DNA of 64,000 nucleotides from an uncultured Chloroflexia bacterium (GTDB lineage Bacteria; Chloroflexota; Limnocylindria; Limnocylindrales; CSP1-4): NCBI GenBank assembly GCA_963828165.1, contig CAWHDR010000001.1, positions 800,001 to 864,000 of the forward strand, read 5' to 3'. Shown piece by piece: positions 8,750 to 18,586 of this stretch (position 1 is its first letter; each line of letters starts with the position of its first letter). The notes under the pieces were generated by a model. It saw only the letters and a program-made list of their open reading frames with translations, ran no database searches and was not told where the DNA came from. The position numbers and the translations under genes were made by a program.

Positions 8750-8830
8750 CAGGGGCCTCGAGAGTGCTGCGCCCTCAGCGGGGAGCTGAAACTCGCGCCC
8801 GGGAGGTCTGAGGTGGCCTCCGCCGGGCTT

Positions 8831-9121
8831 TCAGCCCGGCGGTTTGAGCTCGTCGACGGACGCGCGCGCCGCGGCCTTGTCCGTGTACCACGTGGCGTCG
8901 ATGACCGTGTACGGAGCCCATTCCGGCGGCAGCGACTCCTCCGGGAAGATCGCGTTCACCGGGCATTCCGGCTCACAGGCGCCGCAATCGATGCACTCGT
9001 TCGGGTCGATGAACAGCTTGCGGTCCACGCCCTCTTCGTAATGGATGCAGTCGACCGGACAGACGGACACGCACGAGATGTCGAGCACATCGATGCACGG
9101 CTCGGCGATCACATACGTCAT
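8831..9121 (-). CDS. fdxA: 7Fe (FdxA-type) ferredoxin
   Basis: MTYVIAEPCIDVLDISCVSVCPVDCI...CIDCGACEPECPV; GAGGAGG RBS. Confidence 0.93.
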   Translation of the reverse strand: MTYVIAEPCIDVLDISCVSVCPVDCIHYEEGVDRKLFIDPNECIDCGACEPECPVNAIFPEESLPPEWAPYTVIDATWYTDKAAARASVDELKPPG

Positions 9122-9203
9122 GCAACGTCCTCCTCGAGGGGTGTCGGAATGTCTGAGAAGCGCACCCCGCCGGCGCGGGTCCAGAGCGTACCACCGAGCG
9201 GGC

Positions 9204-9737
9204 TCACGAGACGCCGACCCAGCGCACCGGGACCTGCATCCCGCGCTCCCAGTGGCCGGGGATATGGCAGCCGACGATGAACGCCGGCGGTGCGTCGCCA
9301 GGATCGCCCGCCGGGACCGTCCACAGGACGTCCACGCGCTCGCCCGATCGGACCACGATGCGCAGGCCCGAAACGTCGGGCGCCACGCTGACGACGGGCG
9401 TCGGACCGGGCGGTGCGCCGGCGACCGCGGCCTCCGCTCGTTCCCAGGCGTCCTGGACGCGCTCGTCGCCGATGATCGCCTCGTGGACATCGAGGCCGCC
9501 GTTGATGACGTGCAGCAGCACGGTCTCGCCGGGCACGAGGTCGAGCGTCGCGGGCAGGAACTCGTAGTCCTTGGCGATGAGGTTGACCTCGCGTGGAGCC
9601 CCACTCGCGCCGGCCACGATCGGCGGGGTCACCGCGGGCCCCGCCTCGCACGCCATCCCGGCGGCGGCCAGAGCGACCAGCGCGATCGGGAGCACGTGGC
9701 GGCGGATGCGCCGTTTGCAGCGGCGGGCGTGCTCCAT
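9204..9737 (-). CDS. Cupredoxin (plastocyanin/auracyanin-like) lipoprotein
   Basis: Lipobox GMAC; HEAIIG and CHIPGHWERGM type-1 copper ligands. Confidence 0.8.
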   Translation of the reverse strand: MEHARRCKRRIRRHVLPIALVALAAAGMACEAGPAVTPPIVAGASGAPREVNLIAKDYEFLPATLDLVPGETVLLHVINGGLDVHEAIIGDERVQDAWERAEAAVAGAPPGPTPVVSVAPDVSGLRIVVRSGERVDVLWTVPAGDPGDAPPAFIVGCHIPGHWERGMQVPVRWVGVS

Positions 9738-9861
9738 CGGGGGAGTCTATGGCGCGGCGACCGCAACGACCGCGGAACTCGCTTGACACCGTGGATGGGC
9801 GCGTCGCATCGTTCGCGCGTCCCACCGGGCCGAGGGGCTCTGTGACCCATGAGGGAGCTGT

Positions 9862-10998
9862 TTGGCACTGTCGACCGACACCCGCGGATCGCACCCACCG
9901 GCGGCCCGGGGCTTCACCACGGGCGACGGGACCGAGAGGGCCGGGATCGCCGTCCAGCTCGTCGGCGTGGAGAAGCGTTACGGGGACGTCGTCGCAGTCG
10001 CCGGTCTCGACCTCGAGGTGCGCGACGGCGAGTTCTTCTCGATGCTCGGGCCATCCGGATCCGGCAAGACGACGACGCTTCGGATGATCGCCGGCTTCGA
10101 GCTTCCGACCCGAGGGACGGTGGTCCTCCACGGTCGCGATGTCACGGACGTCGCCCCGTTCGACCGGGACGTCAATACGGTCTTCCAGGACTACGCGCTG
10201 TTCCCGCACATGACGGTCGGGGACAACGTGGGCTACGGCCTGCGGGTGCGCAGGATCCCGATGCCTGAGCGTTCGAGTCGCGTGGCCGAGGCGTTGCGGA
10301 TGGTTCGCCTGGACGGATACGAGAAGCGCCGGCCCTCGCAGCTGTCAGGGGGCCAACGCCAGCGCGTCGCTCTTGCCCGCGCCCTCGTGAACCGGCCACG
10401 CGTGCTGCTCCTGGACGAGCCGCTCGGCGCGCTCGATCTGAAGCTGCGCGAGGAGATGCAGATCGAGCTCAAGGAGATCCAGCAGCAGGTCCGCATCACG
10501 TTCATCTACGTGACGCACGACCAGGAGGAAGCGCTCACGATGAGCGACCGGTTGGCCGTCTTCAACGCAGGTCGCATCGTGCAAGTCGGGACGCCCGCCG
10601 AGGTCTACGAGCATCCCGCCACTCGGTTCGTGGCGGGTTTCGTCGGGACCTCGAATCTGGTCAGCGGTGAGGTCGCGCGTTCGATCATCGGGCGCGACGG
10701 CACGTTCACGATCCGCCCCGAGAAGATCCGCATCGCGGGACCGGATGCCGCGATCGGGGCGGACGAGGCCGCGGCTGCGGGCACGATCCGGGATGTCGTC
10801 TACCTCGGGCCGGACACCCGCTACATCGTGGAGCTGGACGCCGGCGGACGCCTGGTCGTCACCCAGCAGAACCTCGCGACGACCTCGACGGAGGCGCTCG
10901 CCCAACAAGGCCGAACGGTCCGCCTGGTCTGGAAGCGACAGCACGAGCTTCCCCTCGTCGAGGGGGAGCCGGACACCATGGAGGAGGTCACGGCATGA
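9862..10998 (+). CDS. Polyamine-type ABC transporter ATP-binding protein (PotA-like)
   Basis: [35 protein letters not shown]-terminus. Confidence 0.93.
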   Translation: MALSTDTRGSHPPAARGFTTGDGTERAGIAVQLVGVEKRYGDVVAVAGLDLEVRDGEFFSMLGPSGSGKTTTLRMIAGFELPTRGTVVLHGRDVTDVAPFDRDVNTVFQDYALFPHMTVGDNVGYGLRVRRIPMPERSSRVAEALRMVRLDGYEKRRPSQLSGGQRQRVALARALVNRPRVLLLDEPLGALDLKLREEMQIELKEIQQQVRITFIYVTHDQEEALTMSDRLAVFNAGRIVQVGTPAEVYEHPATRFVAGFVGTSNLVSGEVARSIIGRDGTFTIRPEKIRIAGPDAAIGADEAAAAGTIRDVVYLGPDTRYIVELDAGGRLVVTQQNLATTSTEALAQQGRTVRLVWKRQHELPLVEGEPDTMEEVTA

Positions 10999-12176
10999 AG
11001 CTTCGGAGATCCATGAGCCTGCTTGCTGCGGGCGCCTTGCTCGTATCCGCGTGCACCACGGGCCCCGGTGCGTCGCCGGCACCCAGCACGATCAGCGCGG
11101 TCGGTGACGGGGAGGGCAAGGTCACCGTTCTCGCCTGGCCGGGCTATGTGGAGGACGGCACGACCAGCCCGGATGTCGATTGGGTCTCCTCCTTCGAGCA
11201 GGAGACCGGCTGCCAGGTCACGGTCCAGACCTTCGGCACGTCCGACGAGGCGTTCACGCTGTTCCAGACCAATCCCACGCAATATGACGTCATCTCCGCA
11301 TCGGGCGACGCGACGCTGCGACTCGTCGCAGGCGGCTTCGTCCAGCCGGTCAACGTCGAGCTGATCCCGAGCTATGCGGAGATCTTCGCGGACCTCAAGG
11401 ACAAGGACTACAACACGGTCGACGGCGTCCACTACGGCGTGCCTCACGGTCGCGGCGCCAACGTCCTGATGTGGCGCACGGACGAGGTCACGACCGCGCC
11501 GACCTCCTGGAGCGCACTCTTCGATCCGGCGTCCGAATTCGCCGGCAAGTTCTCCGTGTACGACGCCCCCATCTACATCGCCGATGCGGCGGTGCTCCTG
11601 ATGAAGACCAACCCGGAGCTGGGCATCAAGCACCCCTACGCGCTCGACGACACGCAGTTCGCCGCTGCGATCGACCTGCTCGAGAAGCAGAAGCCAGCCG
11701 TCGGAGAGTACTGGGGCGACTACACCAAGCAGATCAGCTCGTTCCAGAACGGCAACACCGTCATCGGAACGTCCTGGCAGGTCATCGCCAACGTCCTGCA
11801 GGGCTCCGACCCGCCGACGCCGATCGAGGTGGTCAAGCCCGTCGAAGGCGCCACGGGCTGGTCCGATACCTGGATGATCAACTCGAAGACACCGAACATC
11901 AACTGCTCGTACAAGTTCGTGAACCACATCACGTCCGCGCCGGTCAACATCCAGATCGCCGAGTACTTCGGCGAAGCGCCCGGCAACTCGAAGTCGTGCG
12001 CGCTCGCGTCAAACCCGGATCACTGCGACATCTTCCACGCCGAGGACACCGAGTACTGGAAGGACGTCTGGTACTGGACAACGCCCACGGCCAAGTGCCT
12101 CGACGGCCGGACCGATGTCACCTGCAAGGACTTCGCGGCCTGGGTCGAGGCCTGGACCGGCATCCGCGCCGGGTAG
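10995..12176 (+). CDS. Polyamine-type ABC substrate-binding lipoprotein (YdcS/PotD-like)
   Basis: Lipobox VSAC; [26 protein letters not shown]. Confidence 0.9.
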   Translation: MKLRRSMSLLAAGALLVSACTTGPGASPAPSTISAVGDGEGKVTVLAWPGYVEDGTTSPDVDWVSSFEQETGCQVTVQTFGTSDEAFTLFQTNPTQYDVISASGDATLRLVAGGFVQPVNVELIPSYAEIFADLKDKDYNTVDGVHYGVPHGRGANVLMWRTDEVTTAPTSWSALFDPASEFAGKFSVYDAPIYIADAAVLLMKTNPELGIKHPYALDDTQFAAAIDLLEKQKPAVGEYWGDYTKQISSFQNGNTVIGTSWQVIANVLQGSDPPTPIEVVKPVEGATGWSDTWMINSKTPNINCSYKFVNHITSAPVNIQIAEYFGEAPGNSKSCALASNPDHCDIFHAEDTEYWKDVWYWTTPTAKCLDGRTDVTCKDFAAWVEAWTGIRAG

Positions 12177-12200
12177 CGGCTCCGACACACCGAGCGAAAC

Positions 12201-12228
12201 GGCCCCGCGGCGTCACCGCCGCGGGGCC
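12201..12228 (+). promoter_or_regulatory. Intercistronic 12-bp stem-loop after the binding-protein gene
   Basis: GGCCCCGCGGCG-TCAC-CGCCGCGGGGCC; typical mRNA stabiliser position. Confidence 0.55.
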
Positions 12229-12254
12229 ACCACGTCCCAAGGGGATCCGTCCGC

Positions 12255-13151
12255 TTGTCCAGCACCGCGCGCGATGTTCCGTCCCCCCGCCCTCCCGTCC
12301 CGAGGCGGCTGGCCGCGTGGCTGCACCGGCACCCCAGGACGCGGCTGGGCCTGCTCCTGGCCAGCCCGATCGGCTGGCTGGTCGTCATCTACCTCGGGTC
12401 GCTCGCGATCCTGTTCCTCAATGCCTTCTTGACGCGTGACGCATTCAGCGGCGCCACGATCTACGAGCCGACCCTCGACAACTTCGCACGGCTTCTCGAA
12501 GACCCGTATCCCGGCATCACCCTGCGGACGCTGGGCATGGCTGCGATCGTGACCCTGACGTGCGCCGCGCTGGCGCTCCCGATCGCCTTCTTCATGGCCC
12601 GCGTCGCGTCGCCGCGCCTGCGGAACGTCCTGGTCGTCGCGGTCATCGTCCCGCTCTGGGCCAGCTATCTCATCAAGGTGTACTCCTGGCGCCTGATCCT
12701 GGCCGAGGAGGGCATCCTCAACGAGGTCCTTGGCGCGGTGGGGCTGCGAGGGCCCGGGTTCGGCGACATCGCGGTGTGGCTCGTGTTCACCTACCTGTGG
12801 TTGCCCTACATGATCCTGCCGGTCTACGCCGGCCTGGAACGGATCCCCGACTCCCTGCTTGAGGCGTCGGCCGATCTCGGCGGTCGCTCGTGGATGACCT
12901 TCCGGCGGGTCGTCCTGCCTCTGGCCCTGCCGGCCCTGGTCGCTGGCTCCATCTTCACGTTCTCTCTGACGCTCGGCGATTACATCGCGCCGGCCCAGGT
13001 CTCGACGACGATCTTCATCGGGAACGCCATCTATGCACAGTTCGGGGCGGGCAACCTACCGCTCGCCGCCGCCCTGTCGCTGGTCCCGCTCGGCATCGTC
13101 GTCCTCTATCTGCTGGTCGCGCGGCGACTTGGCGCCTTCGAGGCGCTCTGA
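12255..13151 (+). CDS. ABC permease (PotB-like)
   Basis: EAA loop LLEASADLGG; SLTLGDY. Confidence 0.92.
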   Translation: MSSTARDVPSPRPPVPRRLAAWLHRHPRTRLGLLLASPIGWLVVIYLGSLAILFLNAFLTRDAFSGATIYEPTLDNFARLLEDPYPGITLRTLGMAAIVTLTCAALALPIAFFMARVASPRLRNVLVVAVIVPLWASYLIKVYSWRLILAEEGILNEVLGAVGLRGPGFGDIAVWLVFTYLWLPYMILPVYAGLERIPDSLLEASADLGGRSWMTFRRVVLPLALPALVAGSIFTFSLTLGDYIAPAQVSTTIFIGNAIYAQFGAGNLPLAAALSLVPLGIVVLYLLVARRLGAFEAL

Positions 13152-13948
13152 TGTCGATCGGTCGAGGCACCCGGCTGGCCCTCGGGATCGTGACGATGCT
13201 GATCCTGTCCTTCATCTACCTCCCGATCGGGCTGATCGTCGTGTACTCCTTCAACTCCGGGACCACGCCCGCCTGGCCGCCGGTCGGCTTCACGCTCGAC
13301 TGGTGGGCCCTGGCATTCCGCAACAGCGGGCTTCAGCAGGCCTTCCTGACCTCGATCGCGGCGGCGTTGAGCGCCACGGCCATCGCATTGGTTCTCGGGA
13401 CCCTCGCGTCGATCGCCGTGGCGCGCCACCGATTCTTCGGGCGAGAATCGATCTCCTTCATCGTGGTCCTGCCGATCGCGCTGCCCGGCATCGTGACCGG
13501 CATGGCGCTCTCCACGACGTTCGCGCAGGTGGGGTTCCCCCTCGGCTTCTTCGCGATCGTCGTGGGACATGCGACGTTCTGCATCGTGATCGTCTACAAC
13601 AACGCGATCGCCCGCCTCCGGCGAGTCTCCGGGTCGTTCGAGGAAGCGGCCGCGGACCTGGGCGCCGACCAGTGGCTGACCTTCCGAACGATCACGTTCC
13701 CGGCGCTCCGTTCGGCCATCCTCGCGGGTGCCTTGCTGGCGTTCGCGCTCTCGTTCGACGAAGTCATCGTCACGATCTTTACCGCGGGCGGCGTGAAGAC
13801 GCTCCCGATCTGGATCTTCCAGAGCTTCCGCCTGGCGAACCAGCTCCCGCTCGTCAACGTAGCGGGTGTCGTCGCGATCCTCCTGTCCGTGGTGCCGGTC
13901 TATCTCGCGACGCGCCTCAGCTCCAGCGTGGTTGGCGCTAGGACCTGA
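13151..13948 (+). CDS. ABC permease (PotC-like)
   Basis: ATG overlaps the upstream TGA; EEAAADLGA, SFDEVIVT, TLPIWI. Confidence 0.92.
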   Translation: MSIGRGTRLALGIVTMLILSFIYLPIGLIVVYSFNSGTTPAWPPVGFTLDWWALAFRNSGLQQAFLTSIAAALSATAIALVLGTLASIAVARHRFFGRESISFIVVLPIALPGIVTGMALSTTFAQVGFPLGFFAIVVGHATFCIVIVYNNAIARLRRVSGSFEEAAADLGADQWLTFRTITFPALRSAILAGALLAFALSFDEVIVTIFTAGGVKTLPIWIFQSFRLANQLPLVNVAGVVAILLSVVPVYLATRLSSSVVGART

Positions 13949-14035
13949 TCAGGGACCCCAGCGCCGGCCGAATTCGATCAGGGTCGGAGCAACGACCATC
14001 AGGTAGAAGACCAGCGACGAGCGCAACCGCGCCAT
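13949..14035 (-). CDS. 28-aa hydrophobic small peptide MARLRSSLVFYLMVVAPTLIEFGRRWGP
   Basis: Hand-translated; GGAGG RBS 6 nt upstream; same GRRWGP-stop end as 1299-1400. Confidence 0.8.
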   Translation of the reverse strand: MARLRSSLVFYLMVVAPTLIEFGRRWGP

Positions 14036-14102
14036 CGGGCACCTCCGCCGGCCGGGGGCCGGCACCGCATCCGCCGGTCGATCCCAACGAGGAGTGCCCG
14101 AT
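14034..14102 (-). promoter_or_regulatory. Structured leader sequestering the RBS and start codon of the 28-aa peptide
   Basis: Minus strand ATCGGGCACTCC pairs with GGAGGTGCCCGAT; candidate -10 GATACT at 14124-14119. Confidence 0.55.
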
Positions 14103-14146
14103 CGATCCGTGGACCGGCAGTATCGCGATCAGCGCTTAGCTGCGAC

Positions 14147-14572
<426 letters not shown>

Positions 14573-14644
14573 GTCGGCATCGTACGCGGCACTCGTGTCG
14601 GGACCGTGACGGATCGCGGCGCGCGCGACCGTACGCCACGGACC

Positions 14645-14815
14645 CTACATCGAGGGCTTGTAGCCAGGATCGAGGTACTTGTCCGGGTCGTCCTGGAACT
14701 CGAGCAGGCAGCCCTTGCCGCAGAACCAGTAGGTCGTGCCGTCGTGCTCCAGGGATAGCTGCGAGGTCGTGGTGTCGACCTCCATCCCGCACACGGGATC
14801 GATGGCGGTGGCCAT
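14645..14815 (-). CDS. YHS domain small protein
   Basis: DPVCGMEV...YWFCGKGC...F..DPDKY; GGAGG RBS. Confidence 0.9.
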   Translation of the reverse strand: MATAIDPVCGMEVDTTTSQLSLEHDGTTYWFCGKGCLLEFQDDPDKYLDPGYKPSM

Positions 14816-14894
14816 TGGTATGTCCTCCAGCTTGGTACTCCCAGGGAGTATATGACGAGCGGCGGGCCAGTGCCGGCGGGCGTACAGTCCGCGG

Positions 14895-15239
14895 ATGGAC
14901 GAGATCGACCCGGTCGGCATTCGTGCCGCCCTCGCCGCCGAGCGTGTGCACCTCGTCGGGGAGCTCGGCGAAGCGATCCAGGCGCCGGGGCAGATGACCT
15001 ATGGCTCGCAGGCCGCGGCGGCGACACAGGTCTTCGAGCAGCAGCGCGACCTCGCCCTGCGCGATCGGGCGAGCCAGCAGCTGGAGCTCGTCGACGCAGC
15101 CCTCGCGCGGCTCGACGCCGGAACGTTCGGGACGTGCGTGCGCTGCGGCAAGCCGATCGCACCGGCGCGGCTCGAGGCACTTCCCTGGGCGGCGCACTGC
15201 ATCGATTGCCAGGCGATCGTCGACCGCGGTGGCCGGTGA
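14895..15239 (+). CDS. TraR/DksA C4 zinc-finger protein
   Basis: ALARLDAGTFGTCVRCGKPIAPARLEALPWAAHCIDC. Confidence 0.9.
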   Translation: MDEIDPVGIRAALAAERVHLVGELGEAIQAPGQMTYGSQAAAATQVFEQQRDLALRDRASQQLELVDAALARLDAGTFGTCVRCGKPIAPARLEALPWAAHCIDCQAIVDRGGR

Positions 15240-16228
15240 TCGACGCCCCGGCCCTCGTCACGATCGAAGCCATCCGTGGCGCCGCCGGCATCCTGCGCGG
15301 CGTCGCGATCCGAACCCCGCTGGTTCCATACGGCCCGCCCCAGGACGGCATCCTGCTGAAGGCTGAGAGTCTGCAGCCGATCGGGGCGTTCAAGATCCGT
15401 GGTGCCTACGTCGCCATCGCCGGATTGGCGCCGGCCGAACGTGATCGGGGCGTCATCACGTACTCCTCGGGGAACCACGCTCAGGGGGTCGCACGTGCGG
15501 CCCGCCTGCTCGGCGCACCGGCGGTCATCGTCATGCCCAGCGACGCCCCCGAGATCAAACGCGAGCGCGTCGCGGCCGACGGAGCCGAGATCGTCACCGT
15601 GGGGACTTCCTCGGAAGAACGCCGGGAACGGGCTGAGGCGATCGCGGTGGAGCGCGGTCTCGCCATCATCCCGCCCTACGACGACGACCGCATCATCGCC
15701 GGCCAGGGCACGGTCGGGCTCGAGATCGCCGAGGAGCTGGCGGAGGTCGCGCTGGTCGTGGTTCCGATCGGTGGCGGTGGACTCGCGGGTGGTGTCGCCG
15801 TGGCGATCAAGGCGCTGGTCCCGGGGGCGCGGGTCATCGGCGTGGAACCCGAGCTCGCCGCCGATGCCCGCGAATCGCTCGAGCGTGGGGAGATCGTCGA
15901 GTGGTCGGCGGCGGACGTATCGCGGACCATCGCGGATGGCACGCGAACGCAGGCGCTGGGGCGACGGACCTTCGCGCACCTCCGTGCGTACCTCGACGGG
16001 ATCGTGACCGTGAGCGAGGCGGAGATCGGCGCCGCGGTCCGGCTGGCGGCAGAACGGTCGCGCCTGGTCGCGGAACCGAGCGGCGCCCTTGCCCTCGCGG
16101 CGATCGCGTTCCGCGGCGGCGAGCTGGGCCTGCCGGACCTGGATGGCCCGGTGGTCGGCGTCGTCAGCGGCGGCAACGTTGATCCGGCGCAGTACCGCGC
16201 CTACCTGGAGGCGCCGCTCCCCGGTTGA
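15236..16228 (+). CDS. Threonine/serine dehydratase (PLP)
   Basis: KAESLQPIGAFKIRGA, SSGNHAQG, GGGGL, SGGNVD; GTG overlaps the upstream stop. Confidence 0.92.
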   Translation: MIDAPALVTIEAIRGAAGILRGVAIRTPLVPYGPPQDGILLKAESLQPIGAFKIRGAYVAIAGLAPAERDRGVITYSSGNHAQGVARAARLLGAPAVIVMPSDAPEIKRERVAADGAEIVTVGTSSEERRERAEAIAVERGLAIIPPYDDDRIIAGQGTVGLEIAEELAEVALVVVPIGGGGLAGGVAVAIKALVPGARVIGVEPELAADARESLERGEIVEWSAADVSRTIADGTRTQALGRRTFAHLRAYLDGIVTVSEAEIGAAVRLAAERSRLVAEPSGALALAAIAFRGGELGLPDLDGPVVGVVSGGNVDPAQYRAYLEAPLPG

Positions 16229-17250
16229 CTCTCCTCGCGCTCGCGCGCGAGTCGATCGGCCAGCAGCCCCTCGCGGACCCGGATGTCGGCCATCTCGGTT
16301 GCCGCCTGGCGGTCCATCCGCACGGTGTCGCGCGCATCGGCCCGCATCCAGCCGACCACGATGGCCATGACCGCCACGAGGAAGATCGCGTCTCCGACGA
16401 GCCACATGATCCCGGCCGCCGCCTGCTGATCGGCGAGGGGCGTGGGCCCCCAGGTCCGTACGAGCGTGGCGTAATGCGGGTAGAGCGCGGCCGGGGCGTT
16501 GAGGAGCACGACGGCGAGGAACGTGTTCTGCGGCATCTGGAGGAACACGTACAGGGCGCGGGCCGGGTGGGGCATCCGCCACGGCGCCGGATCGAGCGCC
16601 ACCGCCGGCCACCAGAACAGCAGGCCCGCGCCCAGGAACAGGGCGTGCTCCAGGTCGTGGACCAGCGGGTCCTCGAGGGCCGCCTCGAAGAGCGGCGAGA
16701 AGTGGCTGACCCACATGACGGTCGCGAAGACGATCCACGCGACCACGGGGAAGGCGAGGATCCTCGTCAGCCGAGCATGGAGGAACGGCAGGACCCAGCG
16801 ACGCCTCGTGACCGGCGAGACGAGACGCAGGACCAGGGTGATGGGCGCGGACAGGGCGATCAGCGGCGCGGCCACCATCGCGAGCAGCAGGTGCTGGACC
16901 ATGTGCACCGAGAACAGCGTCGTGTCGTACCGGTCGATCCCCGACACGAGCGCGACGGCGAGCACCGCCAGGCCGGCGGCGAAGGCCACCGACCGGCGAA
17001 CCGGCACGGGATTGGTCGGATGCTCGGCGTTCACGCGCCGAACCGCCCACCACCACCAGATGACTGCGACGGCGATGCCCAGCGTTGGCAGAGGCTCGAA
17101 CGTCCAGCCGAGCAGGAGTGTCGTCGCCGACGGCGGCTCGGTCGGCACGGGCCCGTGGGCCGTGACGGACGCCGCGGATGCGAGCCACACGATCGCGCCG
17201 GGGCCAGCGAGCCAGCCGAGGCGGAGCGCGAGCATCCGGCGTCTGGACAT
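16201..17250 (-). CDS. ctaG: Cytochrome c oxidase assembly factor, Caa3-type CtaG
   Basis: FSVHMVQHLLL, DLEHALF, DQQAAAGIMW. Confidence 0.88.
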   Translation of the reverse strand: MSRRRMLALRLGWLAGPGAIVWLASAASVTAHGPVPTEPPSATTLLLGWTFEPLPTLGIAVAVIWWWWAVRRVNAEHPTNPVPVRRSVAFAAGLAVLAVALVSGIDRYDTTLFSVHMVQHLLLAMVAAPLIALSAPITLVLRLVSPVTRRRWVLPFLHARLTRILAFPVVAWIVFATVMWVSHFSPLFEAALEDPLVHDLEHALFLGAGLLFWWPAVALDPAPWRMPHPARALYVFLQMPQNTFLAVVLLNAPAALYPHYATLVRTWGPTPLADQQAAAGIMWLVGDAIFLVAVMAIVVGWMRADARDTVRMDRQAATEMADIRVREGLLADRLAREREESQPGSGASR

Positions 17251-17410
17251 CGTCCCCCATCCTCGCACGAACCCCGGCCGGTGGCCGCGCGAGACACCGA
17301 CACTCCGGGTATCATGGCGCCGGTCCGACCCTCGGGCGGTTCGGCCGCGATCTTGACCGGTGAGCCACTCCCAGGTGCGGTGCTCGCCGACGTTACCGCT
17401 GAGGATCTGC

Positions 17411-18577
17411 ATGGCGAGTCCCCCCCGAAGTGGCCGTCCCGCGCTCCAGGCTCTCGTCATCGGCGCCATCGCGCTCGGGATGGTTGCGATCGCGATCGTG
17501 GCCGGTGTCGACCTGATCGGGACGAGCCAGCGCGTGGTGACCGGCCTCTATCCGCCGGAGGCGGTGACCGTCCAGGGCCAGCACATCCGCGACCTGTACA
17601 CGATCGTGTTCCTGATCGCGGTCGCCATCTTCTTCCTCGTCGAGGGACTGATCCTGTGGACCGTCCTGCGTTATCGCCGGCGGCCCGAGGACGTGACGCT
17701 CCCCGCGCAGACCCACGGCAACGCGATCGCCGAGGTCGTCTGGACGGTGGTCCCGACCCTGATCGTCGCCTTCCTGTTCGTGATCTCGTGGCAGACGCTG
17801 AACACCGTGGAGGTCGTGTCGGCCGATCCGCAGACCCGGATCAAGGCCGTGGCCGGCCAGTTCCAGTGGACCTTCGAGTATCTCGATGAGAGCGGCGAGA
17901 ACACGGTCTACACGCAGCTCCTCCCGGCCGGCGAGGATGGCGGCCTCGTGCTTCCGGCCGGCCGAACGGTCCAGCTGAGCCTGGAGAGCCCGGACGTCAT
18001 CCACGCCTTCTACGTCCCCCAGTTCCTGTTCAAACGTGACGTCGTGCCGGGCCGGATCAACGTGTTCGAGATCACGGTCAACGAGGAAGACGCCGGCCAG
18101 ACGTTCCGCGGCCAATGCGCGGAGCTGTGCGGGGCCGGCCATCGCCTGATGCTGTTCGACGTCCACGCCTACACGCCCGCCGACTACGACGCCTGGCTCG
18201 AGCAGAAGATCGCCGAGGCCGAAGCGAGTCCGCCGCCGCCACCCTCCGGGGCTCCGTCAGGTGGTCCGCCCGGTCCGTCCGGCCCGCCTGCCGGATCTGC
18301 GCTGGCGGTGACGGCATTGAACCTCGCGTTCCAGCCAACGGAGTTGCAGGCCCCGGCCGACACGCCGTTCAAGATCGACTTCGACAACCAGGACCCGAGC
18401 GTCCCGCACAACGTCGCGATCCACGAAGGGAGCCCGACCGGACCCGAAGTCTTCAGAGGCGAGGTCTTCCCCGGTCCGGCCAAGAAGCCCTACGACGTGC
18501 CGGCGCTCAAGGCCGGCGCCTATGCCTTCATCTGCACGGTCCACCCCAGCATGACCGGCACCCTCACGGTCAACTAG
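17411..18577 (+). CDS. coxB: Cytochrome c oxidase subunit II with extra C-terminal cupredoxin domain
   Basis: EVVWT, DVIHAF, CuA motif CAELCGAGHRLM; Pro/Gly linker; HNV...CTVHPSM. Confidence 0.93.
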   Translation: MASPPRSGRPALQALVIGAIALGMVAIAIVAGVDLIGTSQRVVTGLYPPEAVTVQGQHIRDLYTIVFLIAVAIFFLVEGLILWTVLRYRRRPEDVTLPAQTHGNAIAEVVWTVVPTLIVAFLFVISWQTLNTVEVVSADPQTRIKAVAGQFQWTFEYLDESGENTVYTQLLPAGEDGGLVLPAGRTVQLSLESPDVIHAFYVPQFLFKRDVVPGRINVFEITVNEEDAGQTFRGQCAELCGAGHRLMLFDVHAYTPADYDAWLEQKIAEAEASPPPPPSGAPSGGPPGPSGPPAGSALAVTALNLAFQPTELQAPADTPFKIDFDNQDPSVPHNVAIHEGSPTGPEVFRGEVFPGPAKKPYDVPALKAGAYAFICTVHPSMTGTLTVN

Positions 18578-18586
18578 GAGCATCGC

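Noticed and set aside
8750-8830. Cobalamin riboswitch upstream of the BtuF-like gene
   Set aside because: Only about 80 nt with simple hairpins; no B12-box consensus
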